Part shown: piece by piece, positions 46,644 through 56,513 of the stretch
Layout of the letters: every line of letters begins with the position of its first letter
Numbering within the stretch: position 1 is the first letter of the stretch
Notes under the pieces: generated by a model
Databases searched by the model: none
Told to the model about the DNA's origin: nothing
Seen by the model: only the letters and a program-made list of their open reading frames with translations
Origin: Acidimicrobiales bacterium
GTDB taxonomy: Bacteria; Actinomycetota; Acidimicrobiia; Acidimicrobiales; SZUA-35
Direction: 5' to 3'
Length of the DNA: 64,000 bases
Assembly: GCA_047638695.1 (NCBI GenBank)
Contig: JBLINY010000012.1
Coordinates: 1,559 to 65,558, forward strand
Made by a program: the position numbers and the translations under genes

Positions 46644-46895
46644 ATGTTCAAGTGGGATCAGCTCGACACGATGACTCGGGCAGCCGTTGGGGCGACCGGC
46701 GCCATGTTGCTGCTCATCATCATTCCGCCCTTCGGGCTGTTATGCGGCGTGGCCGCCATGGGGCTGGGTGCGGTCGCGTTTAGACAGGCCGGCGCCGACG
46801 GCCGGGCTAACCCAACGGCGCAGTGGTGCATGATGATCTCCGGCGTCGTGATCTTCCTGCTTATTGCCGGAAACATTCTTTACGCCCGCAGCTGA
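46644..46895 (+). CDS. Small membrane protein
   Basis: 2-3 hydrophobic segments; TACGGT -10 just upstream of ATG. Confidence 0.6.
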   Translation: MFKWDQLDTMTRAAVGATGAMLLLIIIPPFGLLCGVAAMGLGAVAFRQAGADGRANPTAQWCMMISGVVIFLLIAGNILYARS

Positions 46896-46901
46896 ACGCA
46901 A

Positions 46902-48053
46902 TCAGTCGAACGCGATGATTCCTCGAATGTTCTTTCCGTCGCGCATGTCCTGGTATCCCTCGTTGATTTGGTCGAGGGTGTACCGCTTGGTGATGAGCTC
47001 ATCGAGCAACAATTGGCCACCCTGGTAAAGGCGGAGCAACTCGGGGATGCGGCTGCGGGGGCTGGCCGAGCCGAAGATGGTGCCTTTCAACTCCTTCTGC
47101 ATGAGCGTCAACATCGCGAGGTCGAGTTTCACATCGTGCTGATCCATCGGGGCCACAGCGGTGGCAACCACGGTCCCTCCCTTGGAGCAGAGGTCCATCG
47201 CCGGTTGGATGAGATCGCCATACAGCACACCGGGTGTGAGGATGACCGCGTCAGCCATTCGGCCCCACGAGAGGTCGTTGACCAGCTGCATGGCGTCAGC
47301 CATTGAGGAGGCAGCATGTGTGGCCCCGAACTGCATAGCCTTTTCTTGCTTCCACTCGTTGGGGTCGACGGCGATGATGTGCGCCGCGCCCGCTGCTTTT
47401 GCCCCCTGCACGGCGTTCGAGCCAATGCCACCGCAACCAACGACCACGACGGTATCGCCGGCGGTCACTTCGGCCCGGCTCACGGCCGAGCCATAGCCGG
47501 TAGCGACGCCACAGCTGACGAGACACACGACATCGAGGGGAAGATCGGGTTCGACCTTGATGATCGAGGCCTCGGCTAAAAGCATGTGTTCAGCGAAGGT
47601 GCCCAGCTTCGCCAGCGTGCCGAGATTGCGGCCGTCGCTGGTGTGAGTCCGAAAGGTGCCGTCGGTGACCATGCCGCCGCCGAACGTTCCGCCTCCGAGG
47701 TCGCATAGATTCTGCATGCCGTCGGCACAGGGTTTGCATACGCCACACGAGGGAACGAACGAGCAGCTGATGTGGTCACCCGGCTTCACACTGGTTACGC
47801 CGGGGCCAACCTCGACGACGACGCCCGACCCTTCATGGCCGCCGATGATGGGGAAGATTGTGCCGCCGGGAATCTGTTCCAGGAGCTCGGGCGGTGGCAC
47901 CAAGTCTCCCGTCACGAGGTGTTCGTCTGAGTGGCAAAGGCCAGCGAATGAGGTCTTCACCAAGACCTCACCTGCTTTGGGAGAATCGATCTCGATCTCC
48001 TCGACGCTCCAATCTTGACCAACCTCATGCAGTATCGCTGCTCGCGTTTTCAT
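46902..48053 (-). CDS. Zn-dependent alcohol dehydrogenase, NDMA-dependent nicotinoprotein type
   Basis: GLCHSDEH, GGHEGSG, CGVC..C.......C, INEGYQDMRDGKNIRG. Confidence 0.88.
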   Translation of the reverse strand: MKTRAAILHEVGQDWSVEEIEIDSPKAGEVLVKTSFAGLCHSDEHLVTGDLVPPPELLEQIPGGTIFPIIGGHEGSGVVVEVGPGVTSVKPGDHISCSFVPSCGVCKPCADGMQNLCDLGGGTFGGGMVTDGTFRTHTSDGRNLGTLAKLGTFAEHMLLAEASIIKVEPDLPLDVVCLVSCGVATGYGSAVSRAEVTAGDTVVVVGCGGIGSNAVQGAKAAGAAHIIAVDPNEWKQEKAMQFGATHAASSMADAMQLVNDLSWGRMADAVILTPGVLYGDLIQPAMDLCSKGGTVVATAVAPMDQHDVKLDLAMLTLMQKELKGTIFGSASPRSRIPELLRLYQGGQLLLDELITKRYTLDQINEGYQDMRDGKNIRGIIAFD

Positions 48054-48082
48054 AGGTCCCCCTTGATGGATGTGTACGAAAG

Positions 48083-49153
48083 TTAGTCCCAGGCCTGAAG
48101 CACGGGGAGAACCTCTTTGGCGAACAGGCGCATGCTCTTCTCGGCTTCATCCATGGGAATGCCGCCATAGCGGAAGCAGGTGGCGAGTTCGAAGGGGCCG
48201 AGTAGCTCACGGCGAGCCTCGAATGTCGCGAGCACCTCGTCGGGCGTTCCGTGGGCTGTTGCTTTCATGAACCCGTCGAGGAAGCCGCTTTCGCCGATCT
48301 TGGCGAGGATTTTGGCCGCCTGAGCGTAGGCGTCGTAACCCTCGGTCTCGGCGAAGTGGCTACCGGCGACCTCGTAGTGGTCGAGCACACTGGCCAGGTA
48401 CAGACCCATGTGCTGGTTGGCCAGTTCCTGCGCTTTCGCTCCGTCGGCGTGGCACATCATGAAGTCGGCGGTCATTGGTGGGGGAGCGTCAACCCCATGG
48501 AACTCTTTGAACAGCTCGCGGTATCGAGTGATGGAAGGCATGCGCGCATCCCATGACCGGTCGGCGAACATCACCATGCGGGCGGCCAACCGCGCCGCTG
48601 ATTCGACGGAATCGTCCGAACTGGCAACGGCGTAAAGGCGGTCGCTGAACGACCGCTCGGGGCGGGGCCGAATCTCGGCCCGCGGTTGTGGGTAGTAGGG
48701 ACCGTTACCTTCGATGAAGCCAGTCTCGAGGGCTTCTTTCACCATCACCGAGCCCTCGTCGAATCGGCCGCGTGACTCGCTCATCTCAATGCCACGGAAG
48801 TTGGCGTACTCGCGTCGAGACAAACCCCGGCCCATACCGAACCGAACGCGCCCGTCGGAGAGGTGATCGAGCATGGCGATCTTCTCGGCCACTTGGAGCG
48901 GCTCGTTCCATGGCATGATCACCGCTGCGGTGCCGAGGTCGATGCGGCTGGTAGCGGCGGCCAGGTACGACAACAGCTGGGTGTTGTCAGGGCAGAACGA
49001 GTAATCGAAGAAGTGGTGCTCGGCGGGCCAGATCACGTCGAAGCCGAGTTCCTCGGCCAACAGGGCAAGGTGGATCTCGTCCTTGTAGACCTGTCCGTCG
49101 GTAATGCCCTCCCAGCCAGAGCTGGCGAAAACAAGCTGCATACCTACATCCAT
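48083..49153 (-). CDS. LLM-class flavin-dependent oxidoreductase
   Basis: AEELGFD.IW.AEHHF, LDHLSDGRVRFGMGRG; start at ATG 49153. Confidence 0.9.
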   Translation of the reverse strand: MDVGMQLVFASSGWEGITDGQVYKDEIHLALLAEELGFDVIWPAEHHFFDYSFCPDNTQLLSYLAAATSRIDLGTAAVIMPWNEPLQVAEKIAMLDHLSDGRVRFGMGRGLSRREYANFRGIEMSESRGRFDEGSVMVKEALETGFIEGNGPYYPQPRAEIRPRPERSFSDRLYAVASSDDSVESAARLAARMVMFADRSWDARMPSITRYRELFKEFHGVDAPPPMTADFMMCHADGAKAQELANQHMGLYLASVLDHYEVAGSHFAETEGYDAYAQAAKILAKIGESGFLDGFMKATAHGTPDEVLATFEARRELLGPFELATCFRYGGIPMDEAEKSMRLFAKEVLPVLQAWD

Positions 49154-49206
49154 TGATGGACCCCCGAAGTCGACTGAGCGCAAAGCTAACGGCTACAAAC
49201 GGACCC

Positions 49207-50370
49207 ATGGCAATCGAGAACGCTCCGATCGATGTCGAGGCGGTCGACCTCGCGCTCTCCACCACCCGCGCCGTGCGTCGCCGGCTCGATCTCGGCCGAG
49301 ACGTCGACAACCAGATCATCCTTGATTGCATCGATGTTGCCGAGCAGGCCCCCAGCGGCGGCAACCAGGGCAGCCGGCGATGGATCATCGTGCGAGATCC
49401 AGCGATGAAGGCCCGCCTCGCCGACATCTACCTCGAGGCAGCCGGGAAGTGGATGATCGAGTCTCGGGACAAGATCGCCGGTACTGGACACCCCCAAGAG
49501 CAGGTGATGAACTCGGCCGCGTTTCTGGCCGAGAACCTGGCCGACGTCCCGGCCATTGTCATCCCCACCATCATCGGCAAGCATGACGGCAACGGCCGTC
49601 CGGGGTTGTTCGACTCGGTCATTCAGTCGGCTTGGAGCTTTTCGGTAGCGTTGCGGGCTCGCGGCCTTGGCTCAGCCTGGACCACCGCCATCTTGAATAA
49701 GGAAGACGACATCGCCGAGCTGCTCGGTATCCCCGAAGGCATGACCCAGATCGCCATGTTGCCCGTCGGCTGGACAAAGGGAACAGACTTCAAGATGGCC
49801 CCCCGTCTGCCGGCCCGAGAGATCAGCTATTTCGATCGTTACGCCCACACCTGGGAACACGGCCCGAGCGACCCGCCGAAGCACAGTGACGGAGCCGGCA
49901 CGGTGGTCGAGGTCGATATCAAGGCCAAGCCCGCAGCGGTGTGGCCGTTCGTCTCCGACATCAGCTTTGGCGGCCAGTTCAGCGAAGAGTTCGTGGGAGC
50001 AAGCTGGGACGAAGGTCAGGAGCCAGGAACCGGTGCCACCTTCACCGGATCGAACACCCACCCGGCCATTGGCGAATGGGACGTTCCGTGTTTCGTCACA
50101 GCTTTTGAGGAAGACCGGGTCTTCGCCTGGTCGACATCTGACCCCGAGAACCCCGGAGCCCGATGGAAGTTCGAGCTGGCCGGTATCGCGGGCGCAACCC
50201 GTCTTCGCTACAGCATGATCATTGGACCTGGGCCTTCGGGTATCTCGGCCGCTATCGAGTCGATGCCAGACAAAGAACCGAAGATCCTCAGCCGCAGGCT
50301 CGACGAACACCGGGCCAATATGCAGAAGGTTCTTGACGGGATCGTGGCCGCTGTGGCCAGCGCAAAGTGA
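49207..50370 (+). CDS. Nitroreductase-SRPBCC fusion protein
   Basis: N-terminal TTRAVRRRLD/QAPSGGNQ/LRARGLGSAWTT; C-terminal VWPFVSDI...GATFTGSN...W. Confidence 0.85.
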   Translation: MAIENAPIDVEAVDLALSTTRAVRRRLDLGRDVDNQIILDCIDVAEQAPSGGNQGSRRWIIVRDPAMKARLADIYLEAAGKWMIESRDKIAGTGHPQEQVMNSAAFLAENLADVPAIVIPTIIGKHDGNGRPGLFDSVIQSAWSFSVALRARGLGSAWTTAILNKEDDIAELLGIPEGMTQIAMLPVGWTKGTDFKMAPRLPAREISYFDRYAHTWEHGPSDPPKHSDGAGTVVEVDIKAKPAAVWPFVSDISFGGQFSEEFVGASWDEGQEPGTGATFTGSNTHPAIGEWDVPCFVTAFEEDRVFAWSTSDPENPGARWKFELAGIAGATRLRYSMIIGPGPSGISAAIESMPDKEPKILSRRLDEHRANMQKVLDGIVAAVASAK

Positions 50371-50449
50371 GAATGGTCCAGGTGACCCTGCCCCATGTGA
50401 CAGGGCTCGAGGAAGAGATTCGCGTGCCAACAACAAAAGGGAGAGCCAA

Positions 50450-51643
50450 ATGACAACGGCCAAAGAAGTCGTCAAGATCGATGTTGGTGGCGCTTCCGAC
50501 GCACTGGTGGAGCTGTCGCATCGGATCTGGGGTCACCCCGAGCTGGCGTTCGAAGAGGAGCGAACCTCCGATGCCGCGGCCTCGGCCCTATCGGATGCCG
50601 GGTTCGACGTGCAGACCGGCGTCGCCGGTCTTCCTACCGCTTTCTCCGCCAGCTACGGAACGGGCGATCTGACGGTCGGCATTTGCGCCGAACTCGATGC
50701 GTTGCCGGGAATCGGCCATGCCTGCGGTCACAACGTCATCGCTGCAGCCGGCGTTGGTGCCGGCATTGGCCTTGCCCGCATCGCCGATGATCTCGGCATC
50801 ACGGTGCGAGTGTTGGGAACACCGGCCGAGGAGATCGGAGGTGGCAAGATCATCATGCTCGAGCAGGGAGCGTTCGACGGCCTCCACCTGGCGATGATGG
50901 TGCATCCCTCACCGGTTGAGGGCGACGACTTTCCGACGCTCGCCATCAGCCAGTGTGACTTTCACTTCCACGGCCGAACTGCTCACGCGTCGGTGTCACC
51001 GAACTTGGGAATCAACGCTGCCGACGCCATCACGGTGTCGCAGGTTGGTCTCGGCCTTTTGCGTCAACATCTCGAGCCGGGCGACCAGCTGCACGGCATC
51101 GTGGTGAACGGGGGCGAGGCTGCCAACATCGTTCCCGGCGAGGCGACGGCTCGCTATTTTTGGCGGGCACCATCATTGGAGGCTTTGGCCAAACTCGAAC
51201 CGAGGGTGAAGGCCTGCTTCGAAGCCGGGGCTATGGCCACCGGTGCCACCCTCGACATTGAACCTCTGACGCTGCCCTACTCAGAGTTCGAGGCCGACCC
51301 GGAGCTCCGGCAGCTGTATCGCGACAATGCCGAGACGCTGGGACGACGCTTCGGTGATCGACCGACGACCGCAGCCGGCTCCACCGACATGGCCAACATC
51401 AGCCTGATGATGCCGACGATTCATCCGATGCTGGGCCTCAATTCGTTTCCGGCAGTGAACCATCAGCCCGAGTTCGCCGACTTCTGTAAGACACCCGTCG
51501 CCGACCAGGCAACGATCGAAGGAGCAATCGCCATGGCCTGGACGGTGGTAGATGCGGCCGAGAAAGAATCGACTCGGTCACGTCTTCTGGCCGCCGAGTC
51601 CACGACCTACAGCGGCCGTTCCAGCTACCCCTGGAGATTCTGA
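50450..51643 (+). CDS. M20 metallopeptidase/amidohydrolase (Acy1L2/AbgB-like)
   Basis: PELAFEE, ELDALPGIGHACGHN, GTPAEE.GGGK, GSTDMAN. Confidence 0.92.
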   Translation: MTTAKEVVKIDVGGASDALVELSHRIWGHPELAFEEERTSDAAASALSDAGFDVQTGVAGLPTAFSASYGTGDLTVGICAELDALPGIGHACGHNVIAAAGVGAGIGLARIADDLGITVRVLGTPAEEIGGGKIIMLEQGAFDGLHLAMMVHPSPVEGDDFPTLAISQCDFHFHGRTAHASVSPNLGINAADAITVSQVGLGLLRQHLEPGDQLHGIVVNGGEAANIVPGEATARYFWRAPSLEALAKLEPRVKACFEAGAMATGATLDIEPLTLPYSEFEADPELRQLYRDNAETLGRRFGDRPTTAAGSTDMANISLMMPTIHPMLGLNSFPAVNHQPEFADFCKTPVADQATIEGAIAMAWTVVDAAEKESTRSRLLAAESTTYSGRSSYPWRF

Positions 51644-51652
51644 GCCGCTCAG

Positions 51653-52132
51653 CTAGCGCCAGGCCTGCACGAGGCGAGTCATCTCCACTGCGACCAGGGC
51701 TGCCTCTTCGCCGACGTTGTGGCCGCCCGGTCCTTCGCTGCGGACAAGGGCTTGTTCGTCGTTCTCGACCGTGACAAGACCAAAGGCAATCGGCACGCCT
51801 GTGTCGAGCTGGGCACGGAGGACGCCTTCGGCCGCGCCTTCTGAGACCAGCTCGTAGTGAGTGGTCTCGCCTCGGATCACTGCGCCGATGCAAACAACGG
51901 CATCGATTCGGCCCGACTCCGCAATGGCCTTCGCCGCCAACGGGATCTCGAGGCAGCCAGGAACCGGTACCTCGGTGATATCGGTGACCCCAAGGTCGGC
52001 CAGTCCGCGTTGGACCCCACCAGCGAGTCGCTCGACGATGGTCGTATTCCAACGGGCTCGGACAATGGCAACCCGCAGTCCAGCGCCATCGAGCCCGTCT
52101 GGGGTTGTTGCTCGTTCGTCTCCACTAGCCAT
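51653..52132 (-). CDS. ribH: 6,7-dimethyl-8-ribityllumazine synthase
   Basis: ARWN..IV, VPGCLEIP, GAVIRGETTHYELV, GVPIAFG. Confidence 0.95.
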   Translation of the reverse strand: MASGDERATTPDGLDGAGLRVAIVRARWNTTIVERLAGGVQRGLADLGVTDITEVPVPGCLEIPLAAKAIAESGRIDAVVCIGAVIRGETTHYELVSEGAAEGVLRAQLDTGVPIAFGLVTVENDEQALVRSEGPGGHNVGEEAALVAVEMTRLVQAWR

Positions 52133-52160
52133 GGGACCAACGTACTGGCGCGAGGCGAGC

Positions 52161-52898
52161 TCAACGCCAGGCGAAGACCGGTTGCTCGAGCTCATCGACT
52201 CGCACGAGGTCGCCGTCGTAGGCGACGGCCCGGAACTGATACATCACGGCCCCCGTCGGGGCGTGAATGAGATCGCCTCCGACCGGCATCTGCACGACTG
52301 GCCGGTCGCTTTCTGGAATCTGGACGAACCGGGGCGAGTCTGGGCGTGTGAGTTCACGAAGCGAAACCCGATGGATGGACGAGACCTCGTCTGGGTTGGC
52401 GACCGGTTCGGCATGGCTTCCGCCCCAGAACACGTAGGCCGACATGACATAGCCCGATCGGGTTGGGTAGTCGTCGAGGCGGCCCAGTAGATCGTCTTCA
52501 TCTAGGTCGAGGCCAATCTCCTCTTGGATCTCGCGCAGGGCAGCTTCGAGCGGCGTCTCGCCGTCGTCGACCCTCCCGCCGGGCAGAGCCCACTGCTTGG
52601 CGTGGGCGGAGAGGCGCGAGCCGCGCCGAGTAAGCAAGATGGCTGCCCCGCCAGCGCAGCCATCGACCTTGCCGGTGAAGTCGTAGTCGTCGAAGAGGCC
52701 CGGGGCTCCGTCCAGCTCTTTGGCTCGATCGATGTCGGTGGGGTCGACCCCGTGGAGCTCAGCGTCGCTGTCGACCAGCACTACTCCGACGGCTGCGTGA
52801 CGTCGACCCTCGAGCGGATGCTCACGCAGATCATGGTCGGCCAGGTTGGAGACAATCCGCTTGCGTAACTGTTCATCAAAGACGATGTCGTCGGCCAT
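52161..52898 (-). CDS. Nudix hydrolase (CoA pyrophosphatase-like)
   Basis: LLTRR..L.AH..QWALPGG.VD.GE....AALRE..EEIG. Confidence 0.9.
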   Translation of the reverse strand: MADDIVFDEQLRKRIVSNLADHDLREHPLEGRRHAAVGVVLVDSDAELHGVDPTDIDRAKELDGAPGLFDDYDFTGKVDGCAGGAAILLTRRGSRLSAHAKQWALPGGRVDDGETPLEAALREIQEEIGLDLDEDDLLGRLDDYPTRSGYVMSAYVFWGGSHAEPVANPDEVSSIHRVSLRELTRPDSPRFVQIPESDRPVVQMPVGGDLIHAPTGAVMYQFRAVAYDGDLVRVDELEQPVFAWR

Positions 52899-53002
52899 CG
52901 AGCGAGTCTGTCCCGAAAGGCGCCATTGAGGCGAAACACAACCTTCATGAACGACTTTTGTACCCCGGCGTCGGCACCCAGCCGAGTTAGTCCGTTGAGC
53001 TC

Positions 53003-53728
53003 TCAGCCGAGCGGAAGCCGATGCATCGAGGGAGCGTTGTCATTGCTCTCACCCCAATATTCAGGCAGGCGTAGGTAGCCGACCCGAGGAAGCTCCTGCG
53101 CCAACGGAAGGCCTTGAAACTCTTTGAGCCGCTGGATGGAGCGAATGTGGGTGAGCTGTTCATAGAACACCATCCACAGCGAGCCCTCGAGGTTGTATCT
53201 GATGTATCCAGGTCGATCCGGGTCAGCGCCCGCCCCGCGGGCGAGTGTGGTGATGACGTGCTGCCAGAAGTAGGTTCCGCGGATTGACGTTTCGTCGGCC
53301 CGGAGTTCTTCGATGGATCGCTCGCTGACCAGCCGCTCGAGCCAGCCGATACCGGTCTCCATCTTCTCGATGAGGTCGGGTACGTCCCAGTACAGGTCCT
53401 CGTCAAGCAGCCGGTCGTACTTCATTTCCGGCCCGAGGTGATGGTGTTTCCACACGATTGGTTCGGGAGCGTTGCCGTCTGGCCAGAGCAGGTGCGAACA
53501 CCGGCGGTGAGTGAACACAAGTGCATCCCACGCGGTGTGCGAGACCTGCCGCCGGATAGACCACCACATCCACTCCTTCTCTGGACTGGTGTCATCCACA
53601 TCGAGCTGTGCCTCGGTGAGGCCCGCGACCTCGGTTCTCATCCATTGAACCAGGCGCCCATACGGCGGCATGGCGCCGATTGAAGCATCTTCTGGCATTT
53701 CGACGATTTCGTTGCTGACGTAGGCCAT
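53003..53728 (-). CDS. Hypothetical protein, DinB-like
   Basis: GLTEAQLD, WSIRRQVSH, C-terminal H..SI.R; genome-typical codon use. Confidence 0.55.
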   Translation of the reverse strand: MAYVSNEIVEMPEDASIGAMPPYGRLVQWMRTEVAGLTEAQLDVDDTSPEKEWMWWSIRRQVSHTAWDALVFTHRRCSHLLWPDGNAPEPIVWKHHHLGPEMKYDRLLDEDLYWDVPDLIEKMETGIGWLERLVSERSIEELRADETSIRGTYFWQHVITTLARGAGADPDRPGYIRYNLEGSLWMVFYEQLTHIRSIQRLKEFQGLPLAQELPRVGYLRLPEYWGESNDNAPSMHRLPLG

Positions 53729-53730
53729 GT

Positions 53731-54753
53731 TCAGTTGGCCTCGCTTGCGAGTTCGGCCCGAACCCGGGGGAGAACCTCATGGGCCAAGCGCTCGAGGTTC
53801 GTTGTCATGAAGTCGGGATCGACCCCGGGTGGAAGTCCCGATGATGCAACGTCAGTGACACCGTAGGTACGCGAGAACGACACCAGCTCTGCGACGCATT
53901 CGTCGGCGGTACCCATGAACGAGGATTGTGGAATACCTCCCGGCTCACCCCATCCGTAGTCGTCGGGGGTCTCCTTCATGAAATGGGTGTAGACGCTCAT
54001 GCGGAATCGCTCGGCCTCGCGGAGCATCGGCCAATCTCGCTCGCGGTCGTCGCTTACGTAGAACGAACGAATAATGCCAACGCGATAGTCGGACGGATCA
54101 CGACCATCGGCTGCCACCGCTGCACGGTAGGGGTCCAGTACTTCGCCTTGTTTGCCTTGAGGAAGTAGGTGGGTGCCGAAGCGAGCGGCCCGCTTGGCGC
54201 CGGCCTCGCTCATGGCGGCAATCCAGAGGGGCGGGCCTCCTGGCTGCACCGGCTTCGGATGGACCTCGATGTTCTCGAACTGATATCGCTTGCCTTCGAA
54301 GCTGAACGGGCCGTCGGCCCACGCCAGGCGAAGGACGTCGATGCCCTCCTCGGTCATCGAGACTCGGTTCTTCAGGGGGACACCGAAGGCCTTGAACTCC
54401 TCGGGCACGTAGCCCATCCCAATGCCTAACTCCATGCGACCATTGCTCAGGTGGTCGAGGACTGCCATCTCTTCGGCCAAGCGGATTGGATGGTAGAAGG
54501 GCAGCAGCGCGATGTCGGTGGAGATCCGTATGTTCTTGGTGAGAGCGGCGATGGCGCCGGCGACAGGCTGGAAGGCCGGGAGGTAGCCATCCTCTAAGAA
54601 GTGATGCTCGGTGAACCACACATGATCAAGTCCGAGCTGATCGGCCAGCACCGCCTGCTCAAGTGTCGCCGCGTACACATCGGTCATCGTCATGGCGCTT
54701 CCTGGCACCCGACGACAGTCGTACATCAGGCCAAAGCGGAAAGAGGGAAGCAT
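53731..54753 (-). CDS. LLM-class flavin-dependent oxidoreductase
   Basis: ADQLGLDHVWFTEHHF, HPIRLAEE, SNGRMELGIGMGY; start at ATG 54753. Confidence 0.9.
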   Translation of the reverse strand: MLPSFRFGLMYDCRRVPGSAMTMTDVYAATLEQAVLADQLGLDHVWFTEHHFLEDGYLPAFQPVAGAIAALTKNIRISTDIALLPFYHPIRLAEEMAVLDHLSNGRMELGIGMGYVPEEFKAFGVPLKNRVSMTEEGIDVLRLAWADGPFSFEGKRYQFENIEVHPKPVQPGGPPLWIAAMSEAGAKRAARFGTHLLPQGKQGEVLDPYRAAVAADGRDPSDYRVGIIRSFYVSDDRERDWPMLREAERFRMSVYTHFMKETPDDYGWGEPGGIPQSSFMGTADECVAELVSFSRTYGVTDVASSGLPPGVDPDFMTTNLERLAHEVLPRVRAELASEAN

Positions 54754-54826
54754 CCTCGGATCGTAGATGGCCCCGAGCAGCCCGTGCGAGCTGCTCTGCA
54801 ACCCCGTGATGTCACGTGGGCGATGG

Positions 54827-55414
54827 TCACCAGGGCCGGCCCCAGGTATCCCAATCGAAGGTCTCGATCCCGGTTTCGTTGAGCCTCCAAATACTGGCTT
54901 CGGCCTTTCCGCCGACGATGTCGAGATAGCCAATGGTGCCGTACTGCACATTGAGGTTGTGGGGGTAGGTGGGGGAGCCCGGATTGACGCAGAGGATGCC
55001 GTCGATCTCGGCGATGTGCTCAACGTGGGTGTCGCCGTGAACAATTACGTCGGGGTTGCGTTCTCGGTCGGGGTAGAGGCGATCGAGGGCACGCAGCACG
55101 GTGAAGTTCGGGTGCATCTCGGGGATCGGAACGGCGTGGGTGAGGGCGACGAGTACACCATCGAAGTCGATCATCCAATGCTCTTTGAGGCTGGAATGGT
55201 CGGGTTGCACATCTCGCCCTGACGAGCCGTCGTCGCCGTTTCCTCGCGCGCCCCAAACCGGTGCTCGGGTCGCTAGTTCTTCGATGACCGCGAGGTCGTA
55301 AATATCGCCAGCGTGCAGAATGCCATCGCAATCGTTGAACTGGTCGTAGACATGGGGCCAGAGTTCGGGCATGGCCTCGGGAATATGGGTGTCAGAGATC
55401 AGGCCGATGCGCAC
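54827..55414 (-). CDS. Metallophosphoesterase (YfcE-like)
   Basis: ISDTH, HAGD, RGNGD, GDTH, NPGS. Confidence 0.9.
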   Translation of the reverse strand: MRIGLISDTHIPEAMPELWPHVYDQFNDCDGILHAGDIYDLAVIEELATRAPVWGARGNGDDGSSGRDVQPDHSSLKEHWMIDFDGVLVALTHAVPIPEMHPNFTVLRALDRLYPDRERNPDVIVHGDTHVEHIAEIDGILCVNPGSPTYPHNLNVQYGTIGYLDIVGGKAEASIWRLNETGIETFDWDTWGRPW

Positions 55415-55419
55415 CGGAC

Positions 55420-56457
55420 TCAGGCCCCGCTCGGGTCGACCAGAACCTTCAGCGCCGTCTGTTCTTTGTTGGCCATTGCCTCGATGGTCGCCGGCAGGTC
55501 GTCGAGGGTGATTGTGGCCTCGTGGAGCGCATCGGCCTTCAGCCGACCTCCCATGATGAGGCTGCCCACGCGGGTTGCCTCGGCAATGGTGAAAACGAGT
55601 GAGGTGGTGATTGTTATTTCCTTCGTCATCCACCGATTCGTGCGAACTTCGGTCGGCGCTCCGGAGACGCCGACCATGCACACGGAACCACCGCGGCGCA
55701 CCAGGTTGATCGATGCCTCGAGGGTCTGGGGAACACCAGCGGCATCGAAGGCAACGTCGGCACCGAGCCCGCTTGTTAGCTGGCGAACCTGTTGGCGAGT
55801 ATCGGGTCCACCATCGAGCAACACGTCGGCTCCCAACTCACCGGCCCGCTCCCTCCGCCGCTCGTCGGGTTCGACAACAATGAGTAGCCCGGCTCCAGCC
55901 AACTTGGCGCACTGAGCTGTGAGCTGGCCAATCGGGCCAGCCCCAACAACTACCACCACATCGCCGGGGCGCTGCAAGCTCTGGCGAACGGCGTGGAAGG
56001 CCACCGCGGTTGGTTCGACCAGGGCTCCCTGCACCGGTGTGATGCCCTGAGGCATCTTGGCCAGACGAGATGCCTCGAGACCGATCAGCGGGGCGAAGCC
56101 GCCGTTCGGTGAGCGGTCGTCGTCAAGGCCTGTGTAGTTGCGCTGCGCCGGGCGGCAGTATTGGGGATGGCCGGCGACGCAGTAGTGGCACGCTCCACAA
56201 CCGGCGGAGATACCCGCCATGACGACATCGCCTTCCTCGACCCCTACGGCGTCCTTGCCGACCGCAACGACTTCGCCGAACCACTCGTGGCCACAGAGCT
56301 GTGGCGAGTAGTCCCAGCCCTCGACGTAGGCATGGATGTCGCTGCCGCAGATGCCGCACATCTTTACCTCGACGACAACGCCAGCAGGGCGAGGTTCGGG
56401 TTCGGGAACATCGATGAGTTCAAACTGACGGAGACCGGTGATGAGTCCTGCACGCAT
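55420..56457 (-). CDS. Zn-dependent dehydrogenase (butanediol/threonine DH-like)
   Basis: CGICGSDIH, GHE, CGAC.YC.......C, GAGPIG. Confidence 0.9.
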   Translation of the reverse strand: MRAGLITGLRQFELIDVPEPEPRPAGVVVEVKMCGICGSDIHAYVEGWDYSPQLCGHEWFGEVVAVGKDAVGVEEGDVVMAGISAGCGACHYCVAGHPQYCRPAQRNYTGLDDDRSPNGGFAPLIGLEASRLAKMPQGITPVQGALVEPTAVAFHAVRQSLQRPGDVVVVVGAGPIGQLTAQCAKLAGAGLLIVVEPDERRRERAGELGADVLLDGGPDTRQQVRQLTSGLGADVAFDAAGVPQTLEASINLVRRGGSVCMVGVSGAPTEVRTNRWMTKEITITTSLVFTIAEATRVGSLIMGGRLKADALHEATITLDDLPATIEAMANKEQTALKVLVDPSGA

Positions 56458-56513
56458 GGGCGCCGACACTAGGCGAGGCATCGCCGACAGCACAGGTCGA
56501 CGTCCCGTTGCCG

